Of a DNA stretch of 64,000 bases, positions 41,847-52,805 are shown piece after piece. The translations under genes and the position numbers were made by a program. The notes beneath the pieces are model-generated. The model did not search any database, was not told where the DNA came from, and saw only the letters and a list, made by a program, of their open reading frames with translations. Within the stretch, counting starts at the first letter, position 1. The number at the start of each line of letters is the position of its first letter. Source of the DNA: an uncultured bacterium (GTDB taxonomy: Bacteria > Babelota > Babeliae > Babelales > Babelaceae); contig CAWKFG010000001.1 of NCBI GenBank assembly GCA_963848965.1, forward strand, positions 384,001 to 448,000, given 5' to 3'.

Positions 41847-42239
41847 ATGAAGAGATTAATGCTTTTTGTGATTTTATGTTTTTCTGCGTCTGTTGCTTTT
41901 GCAGCTGGAACGCAGACATATACCTTCTCTAAATCTACGTTAACCCTTGGTGTTCAAAATCCAGCTACAGCACATCCAACAGTTATAAAGCTTTCTTCTC
42001 AAGGAGGCAACAAGTATGGTCTTACTCTTACAAACAATGAAGGAATTGCTTTAGGAGTTGCGAGTCAACAATATCCTACTATTCTTCCTACAGCTCCTAC
42101 AGATGATAAGATAACAATTGCTCTTTATGTAAATGATGCAAATCGTGCAAGTTTAAATTTAGTTGGTATGAGTCAAACGAGGTCACTTGCTCTTACAAGC
42201 ACTGATGGTAATACTTATAGCGGTACTATTAGTCTATAA
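41847..42239 (+). CDS. exported beta-rich hypothetical protein
   Basis: signal AFA-A; Thr/Ser-rich. Confidence 0.65.
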   Translation: MKRLMLFVILCFSASVAFAAGTQTYTFSKSTLTLGVQNPATAHPTVIKLSSQGGNKYGLTLTNNEGIALGVASQQYPTILPTAPTDDKITIALYVNDANRASLNLVGMSQTRSLALTSTDGNTYSGTISL

Positions 42240-42261
42240 ACTGACTGTTAAGATATTTCTG

Positions 42262-42921
42262 TTATTTGATAGGTAATTGTTTCATCAGTTGGATACGCTC
42301 GTAGGGAGCCAGTATTAATTGAATACTCTCCCATATTAGTATGAATTTATCTGGTACTGCATCTTTAATATCTGTTAAAAATACCAGCCGATCACTAGGA
42401 TTCATGTGAGGTAATAATACTTGCAGCATATCAGTCAACTCATCAACAGACATGCTTTGATAAGTGGGAAACTCTACTCTGCGTAAAGTTTCATCGTCAT
42501 ATAATCTTTGTAGCTCTAGTAAAATAATTGTTTCTTCTTCATGAAGATGAAGAAGATTATCGCCTACAAATTTTCTATACCAAAGATAAAACTGATATCC
42601 TAACTCTATCAATTCTTCTTCTTGAGTTGCTGCACGTATAGTTTTAAGCATTGTTTGAAGATGAGCAATGGATTCATCCATATGTTCATGCTCTTTTTCA
42701 ATATCCTTATAAACAGAAGAGCCTTTATCGTATAACAGTTTATGGAACGTTTTATCTTCGTACTCAGCATGACCTTTAAGCATGCCAATAAGAAGATTAA
42801 ACTCCTTTTCTACATTCTCAACTTCAGTATGGTGCCTAAAGTCTGTTTTTGCAATCAACCGTTCTAAATCATTGAGTGCAGCACTTACATATTTATGTTC
42901 ACGATAAAATTTGTAACGCAT
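42262..42921 (-). CDS. hemerythrin-domain protein
   Basis: EH, HAEYED, EHEH, HLHEEE. Confidence 0.85.
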   Translation of the reverse strand: MRYKFYREHKYVSAALNDLERLIAKTDFRHHTEVENVEKEFNLLIGMLKGHAEYEDKTFHKLLYDKGSSVYKDIEKEHEHMDESIAHLQTMLKTIRAATQEEELIELGYQFYLWYRKFVGDNLLHLHEEETIILLELQRLYDDETLRRVEFPTYQSMSVDELTDMLQVLLPHMNPSDRLVFLTDIKDAVPDKFILIWESIQLILAPYERIQLMKQLPIK

Positions 42922-43026
42922 ACCGTCTTTCTAGGATAACCTTAACCTATAGTATCTACTAGTATAGCTCTTTATAAAGGGGTCTTCAAGAAAGGTTTCA
43001 ATAGAAGAAGGATTTTATGAAATTAT

Positions 43027-43055
43027 TTGACTGACCGCCGGTCAATTAGTATGCT
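43027..43055 (+). promoter_or_regulatory. sigma70 promoter with degenerate TetR operator
   Basis: TTGACT-17bp-TATGCT; TTGACTGAC-C-GCCGGTCAA. Confidence 0.75.
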
Positions 43056-43133
43056 AGTAAGTAAACTATGTAGAATCAGTTTTCTCCTAGCATAAGAAAA
43101 ATAAGGAGGAATTGCTTAGATAAGGGATGAGAA

Positions 43134-43510
43134 GTGGCCAGAACTGTAAAAAAACTGGCTGTACGTAGATAAGAAATACTAAAAGCTGCACGATATCTTT
43201 ATTAAAAGCTCTTTATCAGCCTGGCAATGTTGGTATGCATACTCGTCTTTTGGCTCTTACTCTTATAAAAGAGGCGTCTCTCTATGCAGAACTAATTCTG
43301 CAAGGTTGTAAAAAGGGCTCTTTAAGACAAATGCTCCTTTAGAATGTGCCGAATTTATGCTTTCTGGGATACAATTTTTGACTGATGTAGGAATTTATCC
43401 TTGATCAAACGAGGAGCTTGTGCGGCGAGCTCTCGCATTTCCTGAAATTGTTGAGGCGCTTCTTAAAGTTCCAGCAGGCTCTTTTAGATTTTTAGTCAAT
43501 AAGCTTAGTA
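43134..43510 (+). pseudogene. TetR paralog with internal deletion and stops
   Basis: VARTVKK..VRR*EILKAA; PGNVGMHTRLL; FKTNAPLECAEF; LTDVGIYP*. Confidence 0.85.
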
Positions 43511-43529
43511 ACTTAATAAAGGAGTAACT

Positions 43530-44363
43530 ATGCAAACATATAAATATAGCCCGACGCAATTTTTTTTGCTTACGTTTCTAGGAACATGGATTTTTGGGTT
43601 GTTGGCTGCTTATTTTAGTTATCAGAGCGGGATAGAAAAACTGCAGTTGCTTTTGATACTGCTTGGATTATGTATGCCTTTTATTGCAGCTTTGATTATG
43701 ATCTATGGTTCAAAAAACAAGGAGCTTATTAAAGATTTTTGGAATAGATTAAGTCCGTATAGAATCAAGTTAAGTTTCCTTATAGTGATAATAATGTTTA
43801 TGCCTTCTGTGTTAGTTTTAGCGACAGCGATTTCATTGTTGTTTGGTCAATCAATAGATCAATTTGCGCTTTCTAGTGAGTATGAAGTTATGAAAAGGTG
43901 GAACATATTTAGCTTATTAATTTCACTTTTTCTAGCACCTACGTTAGAAGAGCTAGGATGGCGAGGGTATGGTGTAGATAGTCTAAGAGCTTACCTTACT
44001 CTATTTACTACCTCACTACTATTTGCTTTTCTTTGGGGAATATGGCATATACCATTGTTTTTCATTAAGGGTTATTATCAACATGAACTTTGGAAGGTAA
44101 GTATTATTTATGTTATCAATTTTTTTATGAGTATTTTTCCTGCTGTTATTTTGATGAACTGGGTATACTACAAAAATCGCCGCAGCATTACTGCAGTTAT
44201 CTTGTTTCATGCTATGATGAATCTTTCAGCTGTTCTTTTAAAGACTTCACAATGTACTAAAGGTATTATCACGCTACTTTTGCTTATAATTTCAGCAATT
44301 GTCGTTATAAACAATAAGCGGTTTTTCTTTAGTAATACTACAGATAAACAGATAGATTCATGA
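43530..44363 (+). CDS. CPBP/CAAX (Abi) intramembrane protease
   Basis: EELGWRGY, WGIWH, HAMMN. Confidence 0.92.
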   Translation: MQTYKYSPTQFFLLTFLGTWIFGLLAAYFSYQSGIEKLQLLLILLGLCMPFIAALIMIYGSKNKELIKDFWNRLSPYRIKLSFLIVIIMFMPSVLVLATAISLLFGQSIDQFALSSEYEVMKRWNIFSLLISLFLAPTLEELGWRGYGVDSLRAYLTLFTTSLLFAFLWGIWHIPLFFIKGYYQHELWKVSIIYVINFFMSIFPAVILMNWVYYKNRRSITAVILFHAMMNLSAVLLKTSQCTKGIITLLLLIISAIVVINNKRFFFSNTTDKQIDS

Positions 44364-44375
44364 GGAAGGATTTTT

Positions 44376-45020
44376 ATGTGGGAATTTGGTTTCTTAGTAA
44401 CAATTATTGGTATAATAAGCTTACTTGTAATTATCTCAGTTATATGGCGTTTATATTCTAGACGTTATTCGCTTCCGTGTCCATCATGGTTAGCATGGCT
44501 AGTTGAATTAGATAACCCCTTTACTACAGTTAATCGTGCTGAAACTATTGTTCAGCATTTGGATCTCAAACCGGGTATGACTGTGGTGGATATTGGATGT
44601 GGTCCTGGTAGAGTAACTCTACCAGTTGCACGTAAAGTTAGTCCAAGTGGTGAAGTAGTAGCGATGGATATACAAGCAGATATGATTCGTCGGGTTCAGG
44701 AAAAAGCACGAACAGCGTATCTTACAAACATTACATTTCTTCATGCTGGCATTGGTGAGAAAAAATTAGAGCATAATAAGTTTGATCGAGCGTTATTGGT
44801 GACTGTTTTGGGCGAGATACCACATCGTGGAGTTGCGTTAAAAGAAATTTTTGATGGGTTAAAGCCAGGCGGTATACTTTCAGTTACTGAAATAATTTTT
44901 GATCCTCATTTTCAATCTCGTAGTGCTGTGCTTCGACTTGCAAAAGCAGTTGGGTTTAAAGAGAAAAATATGTTTGGAAATCGAATTGCATTTACCATAC
45001 ATCTAGAGAAACCTCGGTAG
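44376..45020 (+). CDS. class I SAM methyltransferase with N-terminal TM
   Basis: VVDIGCGPG, LKPGG. Confidence 0.9.
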   Translation: MWEFGFLVTIIGIISLLVIISVIWRLYSRRYSLPCPSWLAWLVELDNPFTTVNRAETIVQHLDLKPGMTVVDIGCGPGRVTLPVARKVSPSGEVVAMDIQADMIRRVQEKARTAYLTNITFLHAGIGEKKLEHNKFDRALLVTVLGEIPHRGVALKEIFDGLKPGGILSVTEIIFDPHFQSRSAVLRLAKAVGFKEKNMFGNRIAFTIHLEKPR

Positions 45021-45189
45021 TTATGTTCGTTAAATTATTGAACTGAAACTCAACGTAATCATTCTTACATAGAGTAACTAGAAAGCACAATGCGTTAGGG
45101 CTGTACTTTGACATTTGAATGCATAAGCATTATTCTGTAAAAGATTGAACGTACGTTGCTACTAATTATCTTACAAAAATTATTATGAT

Positions 45190-45849
45190 ATGAGAAAAGT
45201 TTTTTGGGATAATCCCTATCAGAATAAGTTAACCACTAAAGTTGCATCAGTTGAAAACAATCAGCTTTTATTTGATGAAACAATTATCTTTTCTTTTTGT
45301 GGTGGCCAAGAAAGTGATAAAGCCTATATTAATGAGCTTTCTATACTAAGTTCAAGAATGGAAGGTACTCTTATTTATTATATGTTGCCAGATGATCATG
45401 GCCTTTCAAAGAACGATGAAGTTACTATGGCTATTGATTGGCCTCGTAGATATAGGCTTATGCGGTTACATTTTGCTGCAGAACTGGTACTTGAGATTGT
45501 TACACAAAAGTATAATCTTGAAAAAGTTGGTGCCTATATTGCAGAAACTAAGGCTCGAATAGATTTCAAATCTGATAAAAATGTTTCAACGTTTTTTGAT
45601 GATATACTGGCTCACTATAATGAGATAATACAAAGTAATAAGCTGATCCAAACCGGTTTTTCTCATGTTGAAAGTCAAAGGCGTTTTTGGAAGATTGATG
45701 ACTTTGCTCAAGTACCTTGTGGAGGAACTCATGTTAAATCAACAGCTGAGGTAGGATTTGTGAATCTCAAAAGAGATCGTCCAGGTAAATCGATAGAAAG
45801 AATCGAAATAAGGCTTGTTGATGACTTTGTTCCTCAAAGTCTCTATTAA
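45190..45849 (+). CDS. alaX: AlaX-type tRNA editing protein
   Basis: GGQESD, IDWPRRYRLMRLH, PCGGTHV. Confidence 0.88.
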   Translation: MRKVFWDNPYQNKLTTKVASVENNQLLFDETIIFSFCGGQESDKAYINELSILSSRMEGTLIYYMLPDDHGLSKNDEVTMAIDWPRRYRLMRLHFAAELVLEIVTQKYNLEKVGAYIAETKARIDFKSDKNVSTFFDDILAHYNEIIQSNKLIQTGFSHVESQRRFWKIDDFAQVPCGGTHVKSTAEVGFVNLKRDRPGKSIERIEIRLVDDFVPQSLY

Positions 45850-45908
45850 TATTATCTTAACTGTAGGTCAACTGCTCTCTAATAGCTATATATTAGAAGA
45901 AGTACTAG

Positions 45909-46772
45909 TTATTTCAATATTTTGACTTCATCTACAACCATATCCCAAGAACTATTTTTTGGCTTTTCTGGATCATCTTTTTTCTGAGCATTTAGTGTTA
46001 TATAGCCATTCTTTTCATAGAGATTTTTTATCCACTGTGGCTTTTCTATAATACACTGTAAAGATTTATAGCTTTTTGGATCTATTAACTCGATAAGAAA
46101 GTTGCTATCTGGTCTTACTGTAATATTCCAATAGCGCGATATTTCTGGATGTTTAAGAGCTTCTTCTACAGCTGCACAATCGCCATCGATTGTTTTACAT
46201 CTTCCAGTATTTGTAGGATCGGGCCAGTTACACCATTTTTCTTTTTGTTTTTCTATCTCATGTGGAGGAAGCTCTTTTTTCTTTAACTCTTCTGGTAATA
46301 TGTTGCAATTTCCGCAAAGATAGAAGAGCCCTTGTGGCTTGTCTGCAGGAACTTTCTCTGGAAAAACCCATCCATACTCATCACCGCCGTTATAACATTT
46401 ATCTTCATGGAAATAATATGCAAATTGATTTGCCATAGAATTAGTAGCATAGTTTTTCTTTATAAGACCTTTAAAAGATATACCAGAAATTTTATCATGC
46501 TTGTCACTGAGCCACCGATTACTTGTTGTTCTATAGGGATTGTTAGGGCATCCTTCTTCTTTTGCTGTAGCATACCACTGCTGCTTTGTAACAGGAAAGG
46601 ATACTGAATAGTGAGATGTTTTTGTAAGTGAAAAGGGCGTTTGGCTTGGATAGGTATAGTTATACGGCAAAGTAATGGCAGTCCAATGCTTTTTTGGACC
46701 TTCTTTGGGTATTTCCATACCATAAGTAACGAGGAAAAAAGAATTAATTATAACAATGAAAAAGTACTTCAT
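45909..46772 (-). CDS. exported Cys-containing hypothetical protein
   Basis: TYG-MEI; 287 aa. Confidence 0.65.
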   Translation of the reverse strand: MKYFFIVIINSFFLVTYGMEIPKEGPKKHWTAITLPYNYTYPSQTPFSLTKTSHYSVSFPVTKQQWYATAKEEGCPNNPYRTTSNRWLSDKHDKISGISFKGLIKKNYATNSMANQFAYYFHEDKCYNGGDEYGWVFPEKVPADKPQGLFYLCGNCNILPEELKKKELPPHEIEKQKEKWCNWPDPTNTGRCKTIDGDCAAVEEALKHPEISRYWNITVRPDSNFLIELIDPKSYKSLQCIIEKPQWIKNLYEKNGYITLNAQKKDDPEKPKNSSWDMVVDEVKILK

Positions 46773-46969
46773 AGACTATTCCTTATCTTTACTGTTTTTA
46801 TTCTTAATAGTATATATTTATGGTTGGTTGTAGTTCAATAGTTTTTGTGTTGTAACGAGGACTTGTTTTGAGGGAAGTTTAGTCTTTGCGGTAATAATAA
46901 CTTAACGACAAAGAATAGCCTTTTTGATAAAAAATCATAAAAATACTATACTATACAACATATTTATTA

Positions 46970-48397
46970 ATGATCTTTAAGTTTGAAAGTAATCCTATGA
47001 GCAAAATTAATCTTTTACTAAAAACATTTCTGATAAACATTGTTACACTTTTATCATACAGTACTTATTCTTTTGTTTCGTTCTATCTTCTTAAAAATGA
47101 TAAAGGAGAAGTTATTCTTATTTTGGGTGATTATCACTATGAAGAATCTTTAGCACAGAAAAATAAAGAGCATATAGATCTTTTTATTAAAAAGGCATTA
47201 GAGTCCAGCAATGCTACTATTCCTTGTGTTGTTGAATTAGATAAAAATTTTGAGCCTGCTTTTAGAGGAGAAACTCTTCCTGCTGGTCTTGAAATGGCAG
47301 ATACTATAGCTCATTTAGCTTCTTATGCTTCAAAAGGAATAGCGCATGAAAAGCTTCAGTTTGTTCCTTATGATTCACGAAACTTTGATTCCATCCTTCT
47401 TGTAGCGGCAATGAGATGGTTGAGCCAATTGTTACCTCATGCGCAAGCGCAAAAATCTTTATTTTCTCGTGAACACTGGAACTCAAAAGTTAAGCCCAAT
47501 TTTCTTCATACACCAGAAGCTCAAAATTATACGGTAAAAGATTATTTTACCCAGCTTGATCAAAATGCTTTCTATATTAAGAGCCTTGCAGAAAAGTATA
47601 GCACGCATTCTTTTTACGCTTCAGTATTTAAAGAATTATATGACAAGTTTTTACAAGCGATAGAGCAAGCAAAAAACTATTTTACAAGGTCCTCCGCTGA
47701 TAGGTCGATGATTTTGGCAGTACTAGACTCGTTTGATGATTATTTAGAACCATCTAAATTTTTACAGAAGTATGAAGAGTTTAATAATACCCTTTTAATG
47801 TCGCTTGATTACTTATATTTTGATATTTGTTGCCTTGATAAAGTGTTGTCCTTATGCCCACAAACTTCAAATAAACTAGTAGTAATGGCAGGAATAGCTC
47901 ATGCAGCAGCTCTTTGTAATCAGCTTAAAAAAGTTGGGTATAAAAGTATCTTACAAGAGGTTCATGAAGCTCATATAGAAGGCACCGCAGGCTTCTTTTC
48001 AGCAGATCTAGCCTATCTTGAATTAGCCTTAATGCTCTTTTTTTCTCAAGGACATATACCAAATACAATATTACCAAAACTAGAAGAATCAACTCGCTTT
48101 GCAGCAGAGGCTTTTAAAGAAAGAGTGACCAGAGGCATTGAAAAATATGCTCAGCTAGGACTACTGCAAAAGCCAGTTAAACAAGCTACATCTGAAACTC
48201 TACCATCAGATTTTAAAGCACTTAAAGTTGAAGAACAGCCTTCAGTTTCGGTACCTGATTCTCGTTGTCATAACAATGGATGTCAAAAAAAAGCAACAAG
48301 TACTTGTACGCGCTGTAAAAAAGCTCGTTATTGTAGTAAAGAATGTCAACTAACAGATTGGTCTAAACAGCATAAATTAGTATGTAAACCAACATAA
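46970..48397 (+). CDS. exported TIKI/TraB/EreA-like domain + C-terminal zf-MYND
   Basis: LGDYH, VVE, DSR, MAGIAH; CHNNGC..CTRCKKARYCSKECQ..DW..HKLVC. Confidence 0.8.
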   Translation: MIFKFESNPMSKINLLLKTFLINIVTLLSYSTYSFVSFYLLKNDKGEVILILGDYHYEESLAQKNKEHIDLFIKKALESSNATIPCVVELDKNFEPAFRGETLPAGLEMADTIAHLASYASKGIAHEKLQFVPYDSRNFDSILLVAAMRWLSQLLPHAQAQKSLFSREHWNSKVKPNFLHTPEAQNYTVKDYFTQLDQNAFYIKSLAEKYSTHSFYASVFKELYDKFLQAIEQAKNYFTRSSADRSMILAVLDSFDDYLEPSKFLQKYEEFNNTLLMSLDYLYFDICCLDKVLSLCPQTSNKLVVMAGIAHAAALCNQLKKVGYKSILQEVHEAHIEGTAGFFSADLAYLELALMLFFSQGHIPNTILPKLEESTRFAAEAFKERVTRGIEKYAQLGLLQKPVKQATSETLPSDFKALKVEEQPSVSVPDSRCHNNGCQKKATSTCTRCKKARYCSKECQLTDWSKQHKLVCKPT

Positions 48398-48423
48398 AAG
48401 TTTACGCAAAATGATGTAAGTCT

Positions 48424-48458
48424 TATAGAGGAGCTCTGCTATCTAGAGCTCCTCTATA
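48424..48458. terminator. 14-bp stem hairpin after the MYND gene
   Basis: TATAGAGGAGCTCT-N7-AGAGCTCCTCTATA. Confidence 0.7.
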
Positions 48459-48989
48459 TTTTGACATTATTATAGAGAGCGTTATGATAAAAATTGACAA
48501 GATACTTTCGCCATACGTTAAAAGGAGCTGTATGATAAGCAAAAAAAGCTGTAGTGCTAAAATTACGCATAAAAAAGTATGTCAAGAACTAGGTAAAGCA
48601 GCTGTTCTTACCTTAGGACAATGGGATCGATCATTTTCAGAACTTGCTCGTCCAAATGCTTGGCCAGAATGGGCTAAACGTAAATAAATAACAATTCTTT
48701 TTTATTTATAGGTACTGCTATCACTATAAAATGTAAAATGAGACCGTACTTGCATACTAGATGTCTATTGGCTGCTCGTTATGATTTTAATATTTTTGTT
48801 TGACGTTATAGTTTCTTTGTGCTACTATTTTCAATTAATAAACAAAATGTAAGCCTAAACTTCAGAGCTTACTCCCTATATGTCACTACCCTTACGTTGA
48901 GGTTGTATCATGAAATTCCAAGCTTTTTTAATACAAAGATAAGAGATTAATAAAAAGCTTTTCTATTCTTAATTTATTTAAGGAATTTC

Positions 48990-49928
48990 ATGGATATTCT
49001 TAAAGTAAAGGGCTTATCTAAAGTCTATACTTCTGGCTTTTGGCCATTCAGGGTACAACAACAGCACACTGTCGTTAATACTATTTCTTTCACTATTAAA
49101 AAAGGTGAGATTCTTGGCCTTCTTGGTCCAAATGGGGCTGGCAAAACTACAGTTATTCAAATGCTTCTGGGTACCTTATTGCCTAGTAAAGGAGCAATTA
49201 CCTATTTTGGTGTTGATTTTAAACAGCATAGAATAGCCGTTCTTAAGAGAATTGGTTATGCAAGTGGGTACGATAAATTAGCTTCTCAGTTAACTATAGC
49301 TGAGAATCTTGATATTGTTGGGCGAATTTATGGTATTGCACAACCCTTAAGGCAAGAGCGTATTAAAGAACTCTTAACCTTTTTTGGTATATGGCATATG
49401 AAGGATTATAAAACAGGAGTACTTTCAGCTGGTCAAAGTACAAGAGTTTTGCTTGCAAAGGCTTTTATTGCAGATCCTGAAATTGTTTTACTTGATGAAC
49501 CAACAGCAGCTTTAGATCCTGATATTGCTCATGAAGTACGTCAGTTTATTTTACGACAATGTGAAGAAAAGGCTATTTCTGTTTTGATTACCTCACATAA
49601 TATGGATGAGGTTACAGAGCTATGTGACAGGGTGCTTGTTCTTAAAAAAGGAATAATTATTGCAGATAATACGCCTGAAGAGCTTGCTCAGTCAACTTCA
49701 AAGGTCAAACTTCACCTTACTATTTTAAATAAGCTTGATCTTCTCCTTGCGTACCTGCAAGAGGGTGGATTGAGGTATACTATTCAAGGAATGAATGTAA
49801 CAATTGAGTTAGATGAATTGGCAGTTTCGCAGTTTCTTTCAGTAGTGAGTGAAATGAAAGTTAGCTATTCTCATATTTTTATTGATAAGCCAACGCTTGA
49901 AGATTATTTCTTAAGTATTTCTAAATAA
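48990..49928 (+). CDS. ABC-2 exporter ATP-binding protein
   Basis: GPNGAGKT, LSAGQ, LLDEPT, SHNM. Confidence 0.93.
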   Translation: MDILKVKGLSKVYTSGFWPFRVQQQHTVVNTISFTIKKGEILGLLGPNGAGKTTVIQMLLGTLLPSKGAITYFGVDFKQHRIAVLKRIGYASGYDKLASQLTIAENLDIVGRIYGIAQPLRQERIKELLTFFGIWHMKDYKTGVLSAGQSTRVLLAKAFIADPEIVLLDEPTAALDPDIAHEVRQFILRQCEEKAISVLITSHNMDEVTELCDRVLVLKKGIIIADNTPEELAQSTSKVKLHLTILNKLDLLLAYLQEGGLRYTIQGMNVTIELDELAVSQFLSVVSEMKVSYSHIFIDKPTLEDYFLSISK

Positions 49929-49940
49929 AAAAGGAAACAT

Positions 49941-50735
49941 ATGATTTCATTTACTTCTGTTTGGGCAGTAGTGCTCCGTCATGTTCGTATGTGGAAGCGA
50001 GATCCTAATTATATACTGGGCGGATTTTACTGGCCTTTTCTGGATATATTAATTTGGGGCTTCGTAGGTGCCTGGATTCAAAGGTCACAGATAGGCCACT
50101 TTAGCAATTATGAAAGTGTGGCATTGCTCGCAATTCTTTTATGGCAGGTAATAGGACGAGGATGTAATATTATTTCTATCTCATTGTGTGAAGAACTATG
50201 GTCTCGTAACATAGTGAATGTATTTTCATTGCCATTAAGAATATCTGAGTGGATGCTAGGAATAATACTATTTAATGCGTTAATGATGTTTATTCTCTTT
50301 TTATTCTGCACAGGAGTTATATATTTCTTCTATAATGTGTCACTATGGTATATTGTTTCAACATTCTTTATGTTTATGCCACCACTTTTTCTTTCAAGTA
50401 TCTGGATAGGCTTTACGTGCCTACAGATTATAATTACCTTGGGACGAAGAGGTGCAGAGTTTGGTTTTATCATTGGGTGGTTCTTTATGCCTTTTAGTGG
50501 AGCTTTTTATCCACTAGAAGTATTACCCTCTTGGGCACAGACATTCAGTAAACTTTTACCTATGAGTTACGTCTTTCAAGGAATGCGAGCATATTTAATG
50601 CATCAGCAAGATCCAACTCCTTATTTAATTAAGGGATATGCTTTAAGTTTGGTTTTTGCAACTTATTCAGCGTTATTATTTATCTACTGCTTTAATAAAA
50701 GTAGGCAAAAAGGTCTTGCTCGGTTATCTGATTAA
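49941..50735 (+). CDS. ABC-2 exporter permease
   Basis: six TM segments; FSGAFYPL..LP.W. Confidence 0.9.
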   Translation: MISFTSVWAVVLRHVRMWKRDPNYILGGFYWPFLDILIWGFVGAWIQRSQIGHFSNYESVALLAILLWQVIGRGCNIISISLCEELWSRNIVNVFSLPLRISEWMLGIILFNALMMFILFLFCTGVIYFFYNVSLWYIVSTFFMFMPPLFLSSIWIGFTCLQIIITLGRRGAEFGFIIGWFFMPFSGAFYPLEVLPSWAQTFSKLLPMSYVFQGMRAYLMHQQDPTPYLIKGYALSLVFATYSALLFIYCFNKSRQKGLARLSD

Positions 50736-50808
50736 AAATGCTGGCAGACAACTCAAGCTTCTAAAGTACTATGTAAGCTCGAGCTGTTTCTGTCAGTTTT
50801 ATAAAACA

Positions 50809-51864
50809 CTATTCTTTAAGAAGCTCACAGGCGTCCTTTAATGGATCAGGATTATTTTCTTTAAGTTTGTGACCAAGAGCAGTGAGATAATTTTTTGTTC
50901 CAATGAGGTATATCCACGTGTATTCTAGTACTTTGCCGTATAGAATAATATAAGGAGAATAATCTTGTAATGCTGTTAGCCCAGGAATAAAAAGGCCGCG
51001 AAAATTTTGTTTAAGATGTACTTGATTCTTTAGAAGCCTTTTTTCGTCGTTCTCTGTAGGATCATAATACACTGGTTGTACGCCAAGCATAAGAGCGATT
51101 TCATTTAATTGTTGCGGCCAAGAAACCTGTTTTTTTTCCCATACTCGCTCTATCCATGCTTGTACGTCGTTTTTCTCATGAATACCTGTTTGCGGTACAA
51201 TAAATGTGCTTACAAATTGAGGAGAAAGCTGAATTTCTTTTTCGTAACATTTGTATATAAATGGTAAAGGTAGCAATGGGTCAGTAGTTCCTAGCCAAGC
51301 ATAGGAGGATGAGGAATCACTCGCATTTTTTCGTATAATATAAAAGAGTTCATTGGAATAACGCTTATAAATTTCCTTATAGGGAGTATAGTTCTCAAAA
51401 TCTATACATGTTTGTTCTTGGTGGTATACATTAAAAGTTGTAGGCTTTATCCCTAGTAAGGTATAAAGAAATGGTACATCATTAAACTCGAAAAAGTTAG
51501 AGCATTCTGCGTTATATCGTACACGGATGTTACCACTTTTTATCGTTATTTCCTTTTTCAGTTGCTCAATGAAGGGCTTTACCAGTTGTAGCTTATTCTT
51601 AAACTTCTCAAATCGCTTATTCCATTGAAAGATATGTATCTTCAGGTCTTGAGGTAAGCTGCTTACGTAGAAGTCTATATCTTTTTCTAGCGCAGTAAGA
51701 AAGTTTTTCTCAAAATCAGCAGTGAGTTGCGCTGCTTGGTTTTGCCATAATAGGCATGCTGCTTTATGAAGATAGTCATTACTTGTAAGTAGTTCTACCT
51801 CCATAGAATAAAGATTAATCCCTAAAACCAGAGATGTTATAAAAGCTATTGTTTTTTTAAACAT
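50809..51864 (-). CDS. exported hypothetical protein (signal + ME; F-box-like SSLPQDLKIHI)
   Basis: LYS-MEV. Confidence 0.65.
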   Translation of the reverse strand: MFKKTIAFITSLVLGINLYSMEVELLTSNDYLHKAACLLWQNQAAQLTADFEKNFLTALEKDIDFYVSSLPQDLKIHIFQWNKRFEKFKNKLQLVKPFIEQLKKEITIKSGNIRVRYNAECSNFFEFNDVPFLYTLLGIKPTTFNVYHQEQTCIDFENYTPYKEIYKRYSNELFYIIRKNASDSSSSYAWLGTTDPLLPLPFIYKCYEKEIQLSPQFVSTFIVPQTGIHEKNDVQAWIERVWEKKQVSWPQQLNEIALMLGVQPVYYDPTENDEKRLLKNQVHLKQNFRGLFIPGLTALQDYSPYIILYGKVLEYTWIYLIGTKNYLTALGHKLKENNPDPLKDACELLKE

Positions 51865-52088
51865 ATTTATCCTTTTATTGATAGCAGCTTGTTGTTATTG
51901 CTAGTCTGAAATTAATTATAATATATCATATGTAACTCGTAACCGCAACTTGTAAGGCTGAGCTTATAGGGCAATTTTTGGGCTTACTGCTGCAGTCTTG
52001 ACCCGCGGCTAATAAGCATTATTGACTTTTATGGGGTATGCTATAAAATTATTATAAATACAAGTAAGAAATATTAATGGGATAATCT

Positions 52089-52805
52089 ATGAAAAAAGTA
52101 CTTTATTTATTGCTATGTGGATCCTGTATAGGTGCTAGTGCTATGGAACGGCAAATATACGAACAAACTTGGTTAGGGCTATTACCAAATGATTTACGAG
52201 TGGAATTGAGCTATTATAATATTAAGAACCAAGCTGAAGAAGTTAAAATGGCTGTAGAAGCTGCTAAAACTTATGATGAAGCACTTTATAAAGCAAAAGA
52301 ATTGTCACAGCAGGAGTGTTATGCTCTTGCATTCAATAACCTATCTTTTACACAGAACCTTATTACTTTGTTAATGAAGAAATATAATAAACCATTTGAT
52401 CCTGCAGTTGGATATGTAGATCCTGAAAAAGCTATAGCAGAAGCACTTGGGACTTTAGGAGCACAACAATGGCTCGAACTTAAATCGCTTGAATCAGCAT
52501 ATTTCGATGCGATATTTAAAGGGAACTGCGAAGTTGTAGAGTCTATCCTGAGCCAAGGAATAATAAATATCAATGCTAAAGATAAGTTGGGGTATACCGC
52601 TTTAATGTTTGCAGTAGATTACGGCCATAAGGATCTAATACTATTGCTGCTGCAGAAGGGTATTGATGTTAATGCTGAAAGTACTCTTAATTGGACTGCC
52701 CTTAAAAGAGCACAATTATATAATAGTAATGATATAGTTGAACTCCTCAAAATACATGGAGCAATTGATAATCGCGGCATAGAAGCTAGCTTTTCTAAAA
52801 GCTAG
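52089..52805 (+). CDS. exported ankyrin protein with N-terminal F-box-like motif
   Basis: ASA-MER; WLGLLPNDLRVEL; GYTALMFA. Confidence 0.88.
   Translation: MKKVLYLLLCGSCIGASAMERQIYEQTWLGLLPNDLRVELSYYNIKNQAEEVKMAVEAAKTYDEALYKAKELSQQECYALAFNNLSFTQNLITLLMKKYNKPFDPAVGYVDPEKAIAEALGTLGAQQWLELKSLESAYFDAIFKGNCEVVESILSQGIININAKDKLGYTALMFAVDYGHKDLILLLLQKGIDVNAESTLNWTALKRAQLYNSNDIVELLKIHGAIDNRGIEASFSKS

Noticed and set aside
48484..48687. 67-aa ORF as a functional gene
   Set aside because: Looks like a composite relic; its tail recurs with a stop codon at 57635-57668.
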